A stretch of 64,000 nucleotides of DNA from Chrysomallon squamiferum. Lineage: Eukaryota > Animalia > Mollusca. The notes below the pieces were generated by a model that saw only the letters and a program-made list of their open reading frames with translations, was not told where the DNA came from and did no database searches. The position numbers were made by a program, and so were the translations under genes. The stretch spans positions 868,001 to 932,000 of the forward strand of contig CM022676.1 in the NCBI GenBank assembly GCA_012295275.1. Direction: 5' to 3'. Below, piece by piece: positions 24,801-37,500 of this stretch; the stretch's first letter is position 1; each line of letters begins with the position of its first letter.

Positions 24801-26981
24801 AGTGATGCTGATATCTTTAAATGTGAGATTTGTCAGCATGAGTTTGCTGATAGGAATACCATGAAGAAACACATGAAATCTCACAGCAAGGAAAAGCCAT
24901 ATGAATGTAAAATATGTGGAAGACATTATCAGTATTCATGGAATTTAAAGATACACGAGAAATCCACTCATACAGGGGATATGCCATTTAAATGTAAGTT
25001 TTGTCAGAAAAAGTTCTCACACAGACGTGACTACAGACACCATGTTAAATCTCATACTGATGACCTCCCTTTCAAATGCAGTGAGCCTAAGTGTGGTAGA
25101 AGTTTTGCTAGCCAGAGAGCACTGCGAATGCATGAACCAGCTCATTCTAGTAAATTCATTAGACATGTTGTACCTTCTTCTCAAGCAGGATTCAGCATTC
25201 CAAATGTGCTGGAGATAGATAGTATTAACAAAACACAGCAAAATACTGTTGCAGCAGAGTCACTATTACAAAATGATTGTAAATTAGTTTATTTAGTAAA
25301 TAACAAAGACAGTGCTCAAAACAACAAAATGGAGACTGCAGATATGAATCTGAGTTGTATTCAGAATGAAACACATATTGCAGTCAGTGATAAATCTGAT
25401 GGAAAACAAACAGGGTGTGTTCCATTGATCCAAACTACCAATTTTCATCATGGTCATCACTTAGCCTGTTCTGGAAGCAGTTGCCTTTCGACTGATGATA
25501 TGGAAAACACCATTGAAAATGATCTTACCAAATCTGTTACAGAGTCGGATAAAAGTTTAGGAACAGAAACATGTCATAATCAGGCCTCGCAGTCTGTCAT
25601 TACTACCAGTTTTTCAGAGATAGGATTTGCATGTGGAAAAGAGAATAAAACCATAACAGATTATCAAGTATCTACTGAATCATCATGTCTTTCTTCTGTG
25701 TTTTTGGAAGGAAATCCTATTAACTATGCTGATGCTTTTCATAATCACAGCAACAGTTTGACATCACAAGCAATTAAGGATCAAATTCTTTTCTCAGACA
25801 AAACCTATGGCTTACCAACATCTGTGACATACTCAGCAGTGTCAGTGCCTTATTACGATCCACAATCAGTCTATCCCCAAAGTGACGACAGTCACTGGAA
25901 CAGACTGTCAGAACTTCAGTCAGTTTACACTTCACTGTACAATGTAACAGATCCTGCTAACATCAGAAGATGTCATACAGGATCTGAAGAACATGAACAT
26001 CAAACAGTGCCTGATTATAGACTTAAGACAGCTGCTCTAGAAATTGATTCTGATCAGAGAGAAAAGGGCATCACTGCAGATAATTCTGTAGATGATTCTA
26101 GAGCTTCATTAAAGTTACAACAAGGTTTTGAGAAATACAGATACTTGATCAATGAGCAGAAATCATGTTTGTCTTCAGAGAACAAACCATCAGTGGTTAG
26201 TTCTGTATCTGAGAATCACATCAGTATACAAACACAATCTGCATGTTCTCATAGCAAGCATACAGCTTGTTCTCTCTGTCAGACGTCAGACATAACCACA
26301 GTCTGTACATCACAGAATGCTTCCTTAATTTCATCAACAAAAAATGAAACATATACATTTCAAAATAACATTATATTTGATAGAACTATTGAAAATTCGA
26401 CATCACTGAAAAAAAGTAAATTTGTCCAAGAACACCGTTTAGATTCTCCAAGCCAAGCCACTAATCACACACCATCAGAGATAAGTGGTTATTTATCCAG
26501 GGAGGAATGTTCAGCAGAGACAGACAGAAATTTGCAAGAACTGTTGCCTGTTGATCAAAATAATCTTCACCACCACCAGGACGAAAATTTTAATCTACAG
26601 GAATCAGCTACTTACATCCTTCATTCTGGCATTCAAGACAGTCATTTCCAAAGCCAACGTGAAAATATTGACATCCACAATAATATTTCTGAAAATTCTG
26701 CACAGATGAATTTAAATGTTACTAAATACAAAGATCTGGATGAAATAAGTTCAGGGAAACCAGCATTGTCTGCTGGTGGGGAAATCCACTTAAACATGCC
26801 TAGTATTGATAGAACAGTTACAAAAGTATCAGATACCAACTATTATTGTTACAACTGGTCAAGAGCAGCTATAACTGCATCCAGTTATTCATTGATTGAT
26901 AAAGATAATACTGAACAAAATGCAGATACCATTCACCTGCAGACCGTCACTGACAGTGAAAAAAATGGCAACAGCACATAG
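21789..26981 (+). CDS. C2H2 zinc-finger protein, C-terminal part (about 19 fingers), probably the same gene as 19232-21807 in the -1 frame
   Basis: 1730-aa intronless ORF with fingers from ~23510 to ~25145. It overlaps the upstream ORF by 19 nt next to an A10 run (21774-21783). The fused product would be ~2376 aa with ~30 fingers. Confidence 0.85.
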   Translation: MVKEKMKTKNSYQLEKKCSSASEESSDDSRSEPDDEFSSSEQSGSDLDKDCLSPVFQDETNDSSHQCSEQPTENKVKTRDISKEANNEDNNKHLNKDSVIQSVCLLSNTDAGSATQNDIHVNYARNLTGIETLVRASVLSDATSTATTLQTEVSLSKPNCTDSSISLSLLETECTQTESAVDKHHVYSDRSAQLTLLGAYATSEQCASVSCSSNADIKHEYKKMDANQNSDYVQGSKGFQLNSNDITINPELDSVQHSSDTNNCSTLEKQVRIEAHVQHIFANNQQTVELSIKQPINGQQFASTNHENKKSLSADNKEVPAEANSDAPHLSEKNIHDCHSENLNSGNVLTVPEYSETLENDSQQQFCNEIKTMYYEASNTEENNSGETHILSLGRVSSTPEQSRLKANSESQAVTVSEQLVNCQDVGFLPFGKYLTAPSSNSSHGLETIYSSVSPIKDYANNLSLYGLQFTQGFAQSSSAAFITDSATHESKFSLDGGYNNIGYNQLNNASEFTNQHPGQSDNSRTVPTSIDYSINLQTLINTSLAQEEAKVVKDASQERHLEKRYSKKFCKNLECQYCGKGLSSIPALKNHEMIHTGERPYKCECGKSFIDSSTFKRHQRIHTGIKPYMCDVCGKQFNQSNSYRTHMTCHTGEKHYKCNVCGHSYDKLKKLMEHNQRENHGDLKQQTCSVCSAVFRDVSSLNRHMCSHTGEKAFKCEYCNKTYEKQYQFTEHLHSHAGFKPFKCNICGDSFLRKGQLKFHEYKHQYGRQFECDMCHQAFYRSTDLTVHKRIHTGEKPFKCDLCDKPFRQKWECKNHMLWDHSNKKPFTCEKCCKSFRKAYSLKVHMQNKHENDKKHRCFVCKKRFRKLENLKKHSKKHRSLNCRLCGKMFLTEKKTQQHLQKFHKDDKKVMKITKRKEKQKLECMDCGKKFCFKYDLEEHQRLHTGESIYKCTICSKIFSREYHLNIHTMKHTGEKRFKCDECGEPFASGKNLKMHRIEQHGASDADIFKCEICQHEFADRNTMKKHMKSHSKEKPYECKICGRHYQYSWNLKIHEKSTHTGDMPFKCKFCQKKFSHRRDYRHHVKSHTDDLPFKCSEPKCGRSFASQRALRMHEPAHSSKFIRHVVPSSQAGFSIPNVLEIDSINKTQQNTVAAESLLQNDCKLVYLVNNKDSAQNNKMETADMNLSCIQNETHIAVSDKSDGKQTGCVPLIQTTNFHHGHHLACSGSSCLSTDDMENTIENDLTKSVTESDKSLGTETCHNQASQSVITTSFSEIGFACGKENKTITDYQVSTESSCLSSVFLEGNPINYADAFHNHSNSLTSQAIKDQILFSDKTYGLPTSVTYSAVSVPYYDPQSVYPQSDDSHWNRLSELQSVYTSLYNVTDPANIRRCHTGSEEHEHQTVPDYRLKTAALEIDSDQREKGITADNSVDDSRASLKLQQGFEKYRYLINEQKSCLSSENKPSVVSSVSENHISIQTQSACSHSKHTACSLCQTSDITTVCTSQNASLISSTKNETYTFQNNIIFDRTIENSTSLKKSKFVQEHRLDSPSQATNHTPSEISGYLSREECSAETDRNLQELLPVDQNNLHHHQDENFNLQESATYILHSGIQDSHFQSQRENIDIHNNISENSAQMNLNVTKYKDLDEISSGKPALSAGGEIHLNMPSIDRTVTKVSDTNYYCYNWSRAAITASSYSLIDKDNTEQNADTIHLQTVTDSEKNGNST

Positions 26982-28428
26982 ATTTTGCTTAATCATTGAC
27001 AAACATAATTAGAAATAATCAGTGTGTATTAGCAGTCTTTAGCAATCATTTTTCCAATCTAAACTCCAGAATTAAAAAAATAATATTAGCCTAATTAAAG
27101 GAACAAATTTTAAATCAGTTTAAAGGAAATCATTAATGAAAGAAAGAAATGTGTATTTTAGTTCTAAAATTTAATAATAAAAATTATTTTCATTTAAAAA
27201 GTATTGAAAGCAAAACCCATAAATGCCTTGAGTTTGTAGGTGTTGTTGACATTCGTGTGTCAGTTTTCAGATGCATTTGCTTTTTATTATAAATACTACT
27301 AATAAAACATGCCAGCTTCGAAAAACAATTTTTAATAATATTCAAATTAGTTCTTTTCAGGAATTTTTTAAAGGCATCTAAATTTTTTAATATTTTATGC
27401 TATTTGTCTTTTAAATAAATAATGTTTTGTACATTCATGAGTTTTCTTTTATTTCTTAAATTTCATTTGAATTTTACTTTAATTGAGTAATAATGCTAAG
27501 CTTCTCATTTCACAACCTCTCTGTCACTTTCACCCAGAAAAAAGAAAACAACAAACAGAATCTGACACTCAGTAACCAATAAAAAATCTAGACAGTTATT
27601 TTCTGTTAGAAATAATGTGTAATGTAACAGATATAAAAATCAGTTAGAGTTGTATCATCTCACTTTGTCATACAATCCAGAAAAAAAATCTGTCTTCAAA
27701 ATAGTTAATCTTTTTGATTGTTTTGAATTTATATTAACACTTTCATTTACAAAAGAAACTTTTTTTATATGTGATTGTTGAACAGATTTCTTCCCACTAC
27801 AAGTGGGCTATAAACAGACATAATCTGTCATATTTACCACGTATTTCCCATTCCAACCACACCACACAAATATAAAATATCCATTGTCATTCTGTAGACA
27901 CAACTCTGTAAAACTCTCTGTAATAGGCAAAACACTTTATTTTTGTTTTCATTATTTATGTATGTATGAATTTATCTAATTACAACACCAAACTGTACAC
28001 AAGATTCATATTTTACCAATTTGATATCAAATAGTCCGAGGTCAATAACAGTTTAATATTAAACCTGGCTCGTGTTTTGTACTATATTATTTTTTTTACT
28101 TCAAAGCTTAACCAGAAGTATGATTTATATTCCTCCTGACATGAGACAGCTAATCCAGTATTGAACTTTTAAGATGAAGGGCAGACAGTCCAAAAAAAAG
28201 AAGTTAGAAATGGTGAATACATAAATTGTGTATATTTTTGCTATTTTATGCAAAAGCACATTTTCAGAATTCTTATTAATCTGTGGTGCAGTTCAGTCTA
28301 AACTGAATAAAATATTTAATTAATTACACAGTAAGGCCTGTATTTCTAAACTGGTTTAATTTTTTTGAAATTAAATAAATTATGCAAATAAATAAATTAA
28401 TTAATTAATTATAATAATAAACCAAAAA

Positions 28429-31400
28429 TCAGCAGTGATGAATAGGTGTGTTTCCGATTTTGAACCAGGGATGTTTAAAAATCTGATTCACTGTTGGTCG
28501 CTCTTCTTTTGCCACACAGAGACACAGCTGCACCAGATCCTTCATCTCCAGTGACAACCCATCTCGGAAACGAGGCTCAAACTTCACCATTTGTTGAGCT
28601 GAGTCAAAAGGAAGACAACCCATCACCATAGCATAAAGGATTACCCCTAGTGACCAGACTGTGGCTGACTGGGCATGATATTTGTGATGCAGCATCCACT
28701 CTGGGGGACTGTACTGTGCAGATCCTGAATATATATATACATATTTCAAATATATAATAATTAGTTTAATAAGAAAGTAATAACTAAAGAAGATCAATAA
28801 AAGACATTTTATATATAATTCTTTTTAGACAATTTTTTTTTTTTACACCCTCTTACAGAGACTATGTGCATGTGTGCAAGCATGTGTATGACTGCATGTG
28901 TGTGTGCATGATGTATTGAGTAAATGCTTTTTGTAAAAAAATCTATAAATTTTTACATTTCATCTGCATATCACAGTTGAAATAAAAAAATGTTCCTGTA
29001 TTTTTTAACGCTTTCTGTAATACGAAAAGTCCTTCACTGAGCTGCCTTACAAACTTGTGGAAAACAGCAAGATTGCATGCATTGTGTTTGGATAATTATG
29101 ATAAATCAAGCATGCCCAGAAAGCATGAAAGGTCATGTTTCTATTGACTTTGACTGGTACGGGTACCAGTGCATCTTGCTGATCAGCCTGTGAGATTATG
29201 TTAAACAAACGCCCTTAGAAAATTATTATATTAACTATTTTGATGTGGTAGGAACAACAAGGATATGTTTCAAGCAGTTATTCTCATTGGTTCAGTGATG
29301 GTCTGTAACCTGTACATAAATGCATATTTAAATCATGTTGCAGTTGACCTAGATAAAAGAAAAAGAAAGAAACAATAGCACTGAATGGTTATTGAATGTT
29401 AATGGATGTGATCGTGTCGTTTTTGTTTGACTAAATTTTTCAGAGGATTTGACAGATGACAGAGAATTATATGAGGATAAAGAGGATTATACAAATTATG
29501 AATCAAAGTCCATTTCAACTTCAGCGATGACCTATTTCATAAATGCATTAATACTCTCCTTTTTTATTCAGTTATTCATTTATTCAGTTTTTCTTTTCTA
29601 GAAATAAATTAACAAAATATTGAATAAATATGTGAATCACATTATTAGTTAGAATAGCAACACTAAAAATGTTCATAAAAAGAGAATCGAAAAATAATCA
29701 CCAGAAAAGTGATACTCACCCAGACCACTGTTGTAATAACCATTTCTGAGGTAGTCACAACAACCAAAGTCGGTCAGAGTTATCTTTCCTGCTTTGTCAA
29801 CGAGAATATTTTCTAATTTCAGATCTCTGTGAAAAACGCCGGCCTGGTGAATTTTTCCAACAATTTTTAATAACTGATAAAAGAAATCTTTAGCGATGTC
29901 TTCTTCCAAGATCCCTTTTTCTGTGATATGATAGAGAAGATCTCTGGCAGTTCGTGGACGGTCCATGACTAGAAAATAACCATCTGCCATTTTGTGATAC
30001 GCCAGCATTGCAATAACACCCGTGACGTGTTGAACTTGTTGTAATAAACAAATTTCTAATGGCACCATGCACCCATTTAGCTGTAATATAATGGCGAGGT
30101 ATATTTTACTAAAAGACCACATGATTCAAATAAAATTTCATGATACATTAACAATATAAAACATACTGTATTGAAACAGAATTCCACAAAATTATGAACC
30201 GTCATCATACCCATGTCTATTTATTTTCTTTCTAACAATAAATAAACAAATATAAAGAGAAAAATAATACATTTGTGAACGATAACCGACAGGTTATCTA
30301 TTTCACTTCGTTTATCATTTTGTGCACGAGGTTTCTATGTTGGAAATAGCAACTAGAAAAAGACAAGTGAATGGTGTGTGCCTATCATCCCACAGAACAA
30401 ATGATTTCACAGTTTCAGTAATAACATAGTCTGCTGGAAGATATTACATGTTTAGGAAATGACGTAATATGACGACAAATTGGAAATAATTTTGATCATC
30501 ATCATCATTTAACAAAAAATTAAATAAAATAACTTACACAGGCCCATTTTTCAACCGTCGTATTTGCAATCATTTTTACTGCCACCTACAATAAATAGTA
30601 TAAGTAATAATAACAAGATATTTTAAAACATTAAATTATTACCAATAAATTAAAATTTAAAAATCTTTGTTATTTATTAAAATAAATAAAGGATTAATTG
30701 GATTCTTGTAAATGAAACTGAAGAGTAATAAGCAATAGAAAGCATTTGAAGGAATTATAAAGTAAAGAAAATGGAAAAGTTTTAAATAAGGACAATATAA
30801 TAATAATAATAATAATAATGTGTGTTGTTGACATAATAATAAATGATGACGATAATAATAATAGAAGCCTGTGTAAAAAGTGTACAAACGTACTCGGTGG
30901 TTATCGCTGGTTCGTACTGATGAGTACATCTTGCTACATGAACTGTTACACATGAGCTGACCAATAATGTAAGCTTCGCAGTAGGAAGCTCCCGTTTTCA
31001 AAACACCTCCATCACATGTCGCTTTCACAGATTTCTTCGCTAAAAAATGTATTGAGTTAACAGTATTAAAGATTCTAAATTTACTGTATCTCTGTTTTCT
31101 AAGACTTTTTTTTCCTTTTTTTTTTTTTTTTTTAGCGTTTTCGCCTTTTAATAACAAAATCATCATATAGCGATTATTATTATTATTATTATTATTAAAT
31201 ATTTTTAAATATTTCTGTTCGCGGACAGTTGGTAGAATTCTTTCATGCTAAGCATTAATATATGTTAAATATTAATCTTAACTAGTTTTATAAATTGTTT
31301 TTATTGTTTTTTAAATTTATTATTTTTTTTTTTCTTTTTTTTTTTTTTTTTTCTTTACTCTACTCTTATTATTTAATCACATTGTTTGAAAATAAATACA

Positions 31401-31663
31401 AATATTAACACTGGTACGTTAAGAACGTGTATTCTACATTAATAATTACTGATAAGCTAATATATGTTTAGTAACCTAACCATAACACAAACTAGCCATA
31501 CCTGCTGCTTAGAAATTAGTAACTTATTGCCTATTTACAGAATAGTATCTACTTAAATATGAGACATACCTTTTGAAGAGAACGGTACGAGAATATTCAT
31601 TGTTGGTCGAACTCGAGATTTCCGTCGTTTTGCCGTAACCTTAAAACATAAAGTATTACCCAT
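28429..31663 (-). CDS. PIM-family serine/threonine kinase-like protein (314 aa, 5 exons)
   Basis: Exons 31663-31570, 31039-30894, 30585-30538, 30080-29720 and 28724-28429 total 945 nt in frame. Kinase motifs VAVK, HRDLKLEN and DFG; PIM-type VPLEI-LL, hinge MDRP (cf. PIM ERP), YSPPEW and SATVWSLG. Confidence 0.88.
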
Positions 31664-32238
31664 TCTGTTCCACCATGCAGTTTGTGTACGACTTGTGTAA
31701 AGAGAAGAAACGTCCTCTAAGTGTAACCAAGACAACAGCACTTCGCTATGTGTAAATTGGTCATATACGTCAGCGTTTCTCATCCCACACATACATGTAT
31801 AACTCCTTCTATTCCTTTTACTTTTCACAAATAATCTAGAATAATTTGCACATTTGCTTCAAAGTCTGCGTGTGTTTGTGCCTGTGTTGTGGGTTTGAGG
31901 TGTTGCAGGAAGAAGATACAAGATATATTATTTGTAAAATTACTGTTTAAAAATAAAATTACATGTTATCTCCTGTTGTTGTTGGTGTGTTTTTTCTTTT
32001 TTCTTCTTTTTGATCTTTTTAATAAATATACTGTGGTGAGTGTTTTGGGAAACGTTGACGACACACGAGTATTTCGTTTATGAAATAATTATAATCCAAT
32101 ATTTGATATATTATCAATACATTCATTGAATGACATTTCATTTTTTTTCTTTCTTTCTCTATTATTATTTCTTTTTTATTGGATTTTTTGGTGAGATATC
32201 TTATTTGGACTAAAAAAATGCAACAAAACAACAACAGC

Positions 32239-32276
<38 letters not shown>

Positions 32277-32651
32277 AAATAACATACACAAAAAACGACA
32301 TATTAAAAACACTGATTTATTAATAATGGAATAATGAAATAAATGATTCTAGTTCTCCGTTTGATAAAATACATACAAAAACATTAAATTTTAAAACTAA
32401 ACTTTGTTTATTTATTTATAAGCCTCATTAATTATTAATCAATGGTACATTCCTGATTACCTGCGAACTCTGAACAAAAAACAATTCATTGGTCATTCAC
32501 GGGTGGTTATCGTTGTGTATCAGCAGTAGAACATGTATAAATACATCTACATTAAAATGGTTTAATATAAATATATCAAATTTTAAAAAATATATATTTA
32601 TAAATAATCCTTTAGGTAAGTATAGAAGTATGAATGTATTATGTATACATA

Positions 32652-33573
32652 CAATGGACTCTGTCAAACCCGGACGGGTTCACGAGCGACAAACGAGACG
32701 CGCCGTTCTAGACGGATTAAATGACATGAAACTGAAGTATGAATGTAACGGCTATCGAGTTTCAGCTGAGAAACAGTATGTCATTGGTGACAGCGTTTTT
32801 TCTCTCCAAAACAAACTCTTCAGACATGGCCACCATGTTTAAAATTGGTTGCAACAATCTGTTTTCGTTAGTAGCAGCGAAATATTTAATTTATTTTAAC
32901 ATTTTCCGAAGTCCAATTTTGGATCACTGTGTGCGTATGTCAGTCCATTTAGGTTTTTTATTTTGCATGACGCTACTCGTTTTCTCTCTGAAGAAATGTT
33001 GGTTTCGTACAGCTGCCCGTAACTTCAATTTAAAATGTCAGATAATGTCGCTCTTCCTAACTTAAACAGTAGATTTTATGAAAACTCTTCTATTAATTTC
33101 GCTATAGACTGCAATGAAAGTTTGATCGTTACCTGTTTTAGGTCGCTCTGCCATTACGATCAATTCAATACGACAATACAAAATGTGCGCCATGCATATT
33201 TATGCCGACATCTGCTTTTGACACTAAATTTAAACGAGTAAATTCACTTAGCAGTCAACATACTAATAATAACCTTGTTCATTTAGCTGCATAAAGTATT
33301 TACAAGAAATATGGCACCAGTTTATTAAGCCTCCTAAAGCGCAAGTTTAACAACTAATCGTACTTGCAAAATTGTGTGCCGAGTTGACAAAGCTAATTGC
33401 TATACAATTGTTCTTTTGTTCTTGAATTTACACCCGGAATCCGAAGCAGACATCATCCGGATTAAACAGGTGTTTATTCATAACGAATAATGATAGCTGG
33501 ACTGGACTTTGAAATGGTGCCGGTTTACATAGAAATCCGGATTAGTCAGAGGCCGGTTTTATAAAGTCCACTG
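32652..33573 (-). mobile_element. Non-autonomous pogo/Tigger-like Tc1/mariner DNA transposon relic
   Basis: TA-flanked imperfect TIRs: TA|caatggactctgtcaaacccgg on the left; ccggttttataaagtccactg|TA on the right. Internal minus-strand remnant KLSLQSIAKLIEE..LGRATLSDIL..YETNISSERKR resembles a pogo/CENP-B N-terminal HTH. Confidence 0.65.
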
Positions 33574-33744
33574 TATGTTTGCATTATATCTGTACACATG
33601 GATTAAATGTTTTTATTAGTTTTATCCTGCAAAGGTTAGTATGCCCCGATCCAGCGAGCCTATGACGAGCTGCATCGGCCATTCGAACTGATTCTGATAT
33701 TTTAAAGCAGTAACCAGTTATTTCTTTCATCCTGCAAACCTAAA

Positions 33745-33802
<58 letters not shown>

Positions 33803-34585
33803 GTTCTTAAATAACCACAATTTCAGAACTGTTTTTTTTTTTTTAAATTATATATATGTATCTGTTCAAAGTTAGTCCTTTAGTGTTTAATTGTATTTAT
33901 TTTACACATATAAAACTATAAAAATAGTTCCATTCAACAAAACTTATTTGCTACTACGTACAGTGATTGCAGGATAAACATATATAACTTCTTAATAACT
34001 AAAATATATAAAATATGAAAGAAATTAATGATTTATATTATGTGATGAAATCTAAAAACTCTTAATTTTTTCATTCTCAGAACAGGAGTTACTGACAAGT
34101 CTTACACAATGATATAACCCTACTCTTCTGAAATAACGGAAAAGCCTTGAATGAACGGTGAACAGTAAATATTAAGTAAGTGTTTTTCATTTATAGTTAT
34201 TTATGCTTGCATGCATATTGAACAATATCTGAAAAAGAAATGAAATTACTAACGCAGAGGACAAACTGCAGTGAGGCCATGTGTCTTTTCAAATATAAAC
34301 ATTATTTTTAATAATAATAATAATAATAATATATTAGAAAACCTTTTTTCACTCTTTTCAGTAATAAAATCAGATTTCACGTAAATATGTCTATAATAGA
34401 TTAAATCCAAAGGATTTAACCAGTATTCTACAAATATAATATTTGTCACATAGTTTTGATATTTGTTTTCATAGAATTCGTTTTTGTGGAATACATCAGT
34501 CCTAATCTTATAAGCTGTTGTCTGAAAAAATGATCTCACCATATTTGTATTCAACAAAATCAAATTTGTTCTTTTATAAGAAACA

Positions 34586-37500
34586 TTAGGACGCCACCTC
34601 CTTCTCGTTTGTATGTAGTAGAGGGCGACCACTTTCTTGCAGCATATTTCCACGTCTAAAAGATGTTTCCAGTTCCAACATGGCGGCAGGTAATTCTTCT
34701 TCCGGTGTGTTCCACACGGCATTGTCTTCAAAGAGGTTTTCTCCGAAAGGTCGGCCGAGCCCAGGCAAATATTTGAGTATTAGACCTGATATAAATTAGT
34801 ATTAAATAATACTAAAATGTTTAAAGACGTGTGTGTATGTGCTCTTATATTTTATATATATATATCTGATTGTCTGTGCGTGTGTGTGTTAACCGAAATC
34901 ATTTGCAAATGAAACGTTCTTAAGATCTGTCACATAATAGAAAATCCAGTGGAAACAAATTAATAAAAAACAAATACTCAAAATAGAAATTCATTTAAAT
35001 TTATTATTTAAAAATAAGATTTTCTTTTTATTTAAATAAGCATGAACTGGCATATATTAATATCATTAGTTTTTAATTGTGAGTCAATAATTACCAGTGA
35101 CAGCTCCACCTACGATAGCAACAGCTAACGTGACTGCCAGGGCCACCATTTGATATCCGGCCTGTACCAGCGCCGACCGACCTAGACTTGGTTCTACGTT
35201 CACGTGTGACAAAATGTCTTCCAGTTCCGTCGAGTTTGGTGGCGGCGCCCTAGCTGGAAACTGTTCGTACAGGCTGAAACAAAAGTAAAGTGCAAACATA
35301 TCGACATAATACTGAAATGATTATTGCGTATATTTGGAAAGCCATAAAAACCTTCTGCAGAATTTTCCTCTTCTTATTTATTTATTTATTTACGTGGGGT
35401 TTTGGATGTTTTTTGTTTTTGTTTTTTTGTGTGGGGGGGGGTGTTCGTATTTTTATTACATCTTTTAGTTACTCTTTATTTTACGGTTTTATAACCAGCC
35501 AAAAGAAATTTAAAATTTATCTTTCCTATCTCAGTTAAGTATTGTAAATCAGTCTCATGAATTTCTTTTAATAAATAATATAAAATTATAAATTTTCTAA
35601 GTGAAATTCGAACCAAACGGCTTAAATTTTACGATTTTTGCTTTAACGTACAAGAGACATATTTAATACTAGCCTTGTTTAGCTGTTTTTAATTATCTGA
35701 TCTAAATTAATTTTATATTTAATGTGTTTAGGTGTACGTGTGTTTAATGGTTGACCGAGTATCCACCCCCAAACAAGACAATGTATCTGTTACAGCATGA
35801 GAAGAAAAATTAAATTAAATTAAAACAAGAGTTTTAACATTAACGCGTACAGAGAATAATTTCTTTCATTAAATAATTTTAAACAATATAATATAAATTT
35901 ATTATGAATAACAATTATTTAGATATTAACAGAAACTACTATGAAACTGAAACAGATACTGAATTTAAAACATCCAAATAATTTATTTTCCTATTTTAAA
36001 AATTTAAAATCAAGTTCGTTATAACAAACAAAAAACTTTTTAATTATATTTTATTAATTTATTTATTTGTTTATTGATTTGTTTGTTTGTTCAAAAAACG
36101 CATTTTTAAAATACTAAAAGGTTATTAAATACTCACCTGTATCCATACTGTTCGGTGGTGGCCAAGGCTGCAGCTACTGCACCAGCAATTCCTGCCATAA
36201 TGGCCGGCATACCGTGCAGATTGTTAACTCCGCATGTGTCGTGAATTTTGAGTTTTTCATTCATCCAGGGCTGCAAAAGAAATTCTGTACATAAGAGAGA
36301 AATGAATATTTTTTTGATATATAATAGATATGCAGTTAATAGATATCTTTCCGAAAACCAACGTCTTTGCGCTATTGGTATGCTGTAAGCAGGAATCGCG
36401 CAAAATGAAGTTGATGTACACTGAAACACGAAAAAAACTTTATGGGATTTTAACAAAACAGGGCAGAATTGATGACTTGTCAAGGGCGGGCCGTCTGCGA
36501 GTGACGTCGCACCAATTAGATATCCATATTTGGATGCCTCATTTCCAAACTGCCAGTTTAGCAGCTCGAACCATTCCTGGGTTAATATTAGTGCCAGGAC
36601 GTATGGAATCGGTTATGGGAACACAACATCCGGCGCCGACGACAAGCCACATGCCCACTTTTATTTCTACATCATCGGCACTCTCGTTTAACATAGCGTC
36701 AACAACATGTAAGGTCGAGCGACAAGACTGGGACAGTCTACTGTTCACAGGTGAGTTAAGGTTTCACCTCTGATGGACACGCAATGGTCTGCAGAGCAAC
36801 GTTTAGACGAGGTTTGCGTTATTCAACGTCAGCCATTTGGAGGCGGAAGTGGGAAAAATGTGGGATCGTAACACAAAGAGGGACGGACCCAGGTATACGC
36901 TACCGAGATAACAACATTCGATCTCAAGTCCCACCATTAGCTCAAGCGCAGTATTACAGCATCACAACGCGCGCCCACATACCAAACGTGCTGTAAGAGA
37001 CATCGTAAGACAACAGAACACTGATGTTCTTCCCTGGCCGCCAGTTTCTCCAGACCAGTTGAACATGTCTCGGATGAAATGGAACGACGTTTACGTGTTA
37101 TCAGAATTAGCAGGGAACGCTTGCCCAGCTGGAACAAGCTTTGATTGAGATTTGGAACTCCAGTCCAGCATCTCTTTTTCAACTGTCTAGTTTTGTCTAT
37201 GCGGCGTCGTTGTCAGGCCTGTGTCAAAGCTGATGATACTCACTTTATGATACTCATTTATGATACTCATTTATGATACTCACTTTATGATACTCACTCT
37301 GTGAATAACGTTTTGTTCCACCGTTATTTTGGGCTGTGGCTTAGTTAAAACGTGATGATTGTGAATTTCAATAAATAAACATTTAAGCATTTAGACTGTT
37401 TGGTTCGAATTTCACTTAACAGAAAATTTATAATTTTATATTTCTTGTTAAAAGAAATTTATGAGACTGATTTACAATACTTAACTGAGATAGGAAAGAT

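Noticed and set aside
19761-26839. Antisense and alternate-frame ORFs within the zinc-finger gene
   Set aside because: Short shadows of the long coding exons with no recognisable motifs.
34249-34731. 160-aa ORF overlapping the last Rh exon
   Set aside because: An alternate frame running into AT-rich 3' UTR with a microsatellite-derived poly-L. The true frame ends at 34586.
36197-36245. Loss of a conserved His in Rh (GVNNLHG vs GVHNLHG)
   Set aside because: The pore histidine is the one in LHG and is intact. The NNLHG form also occurs in vertebrate RhCG.
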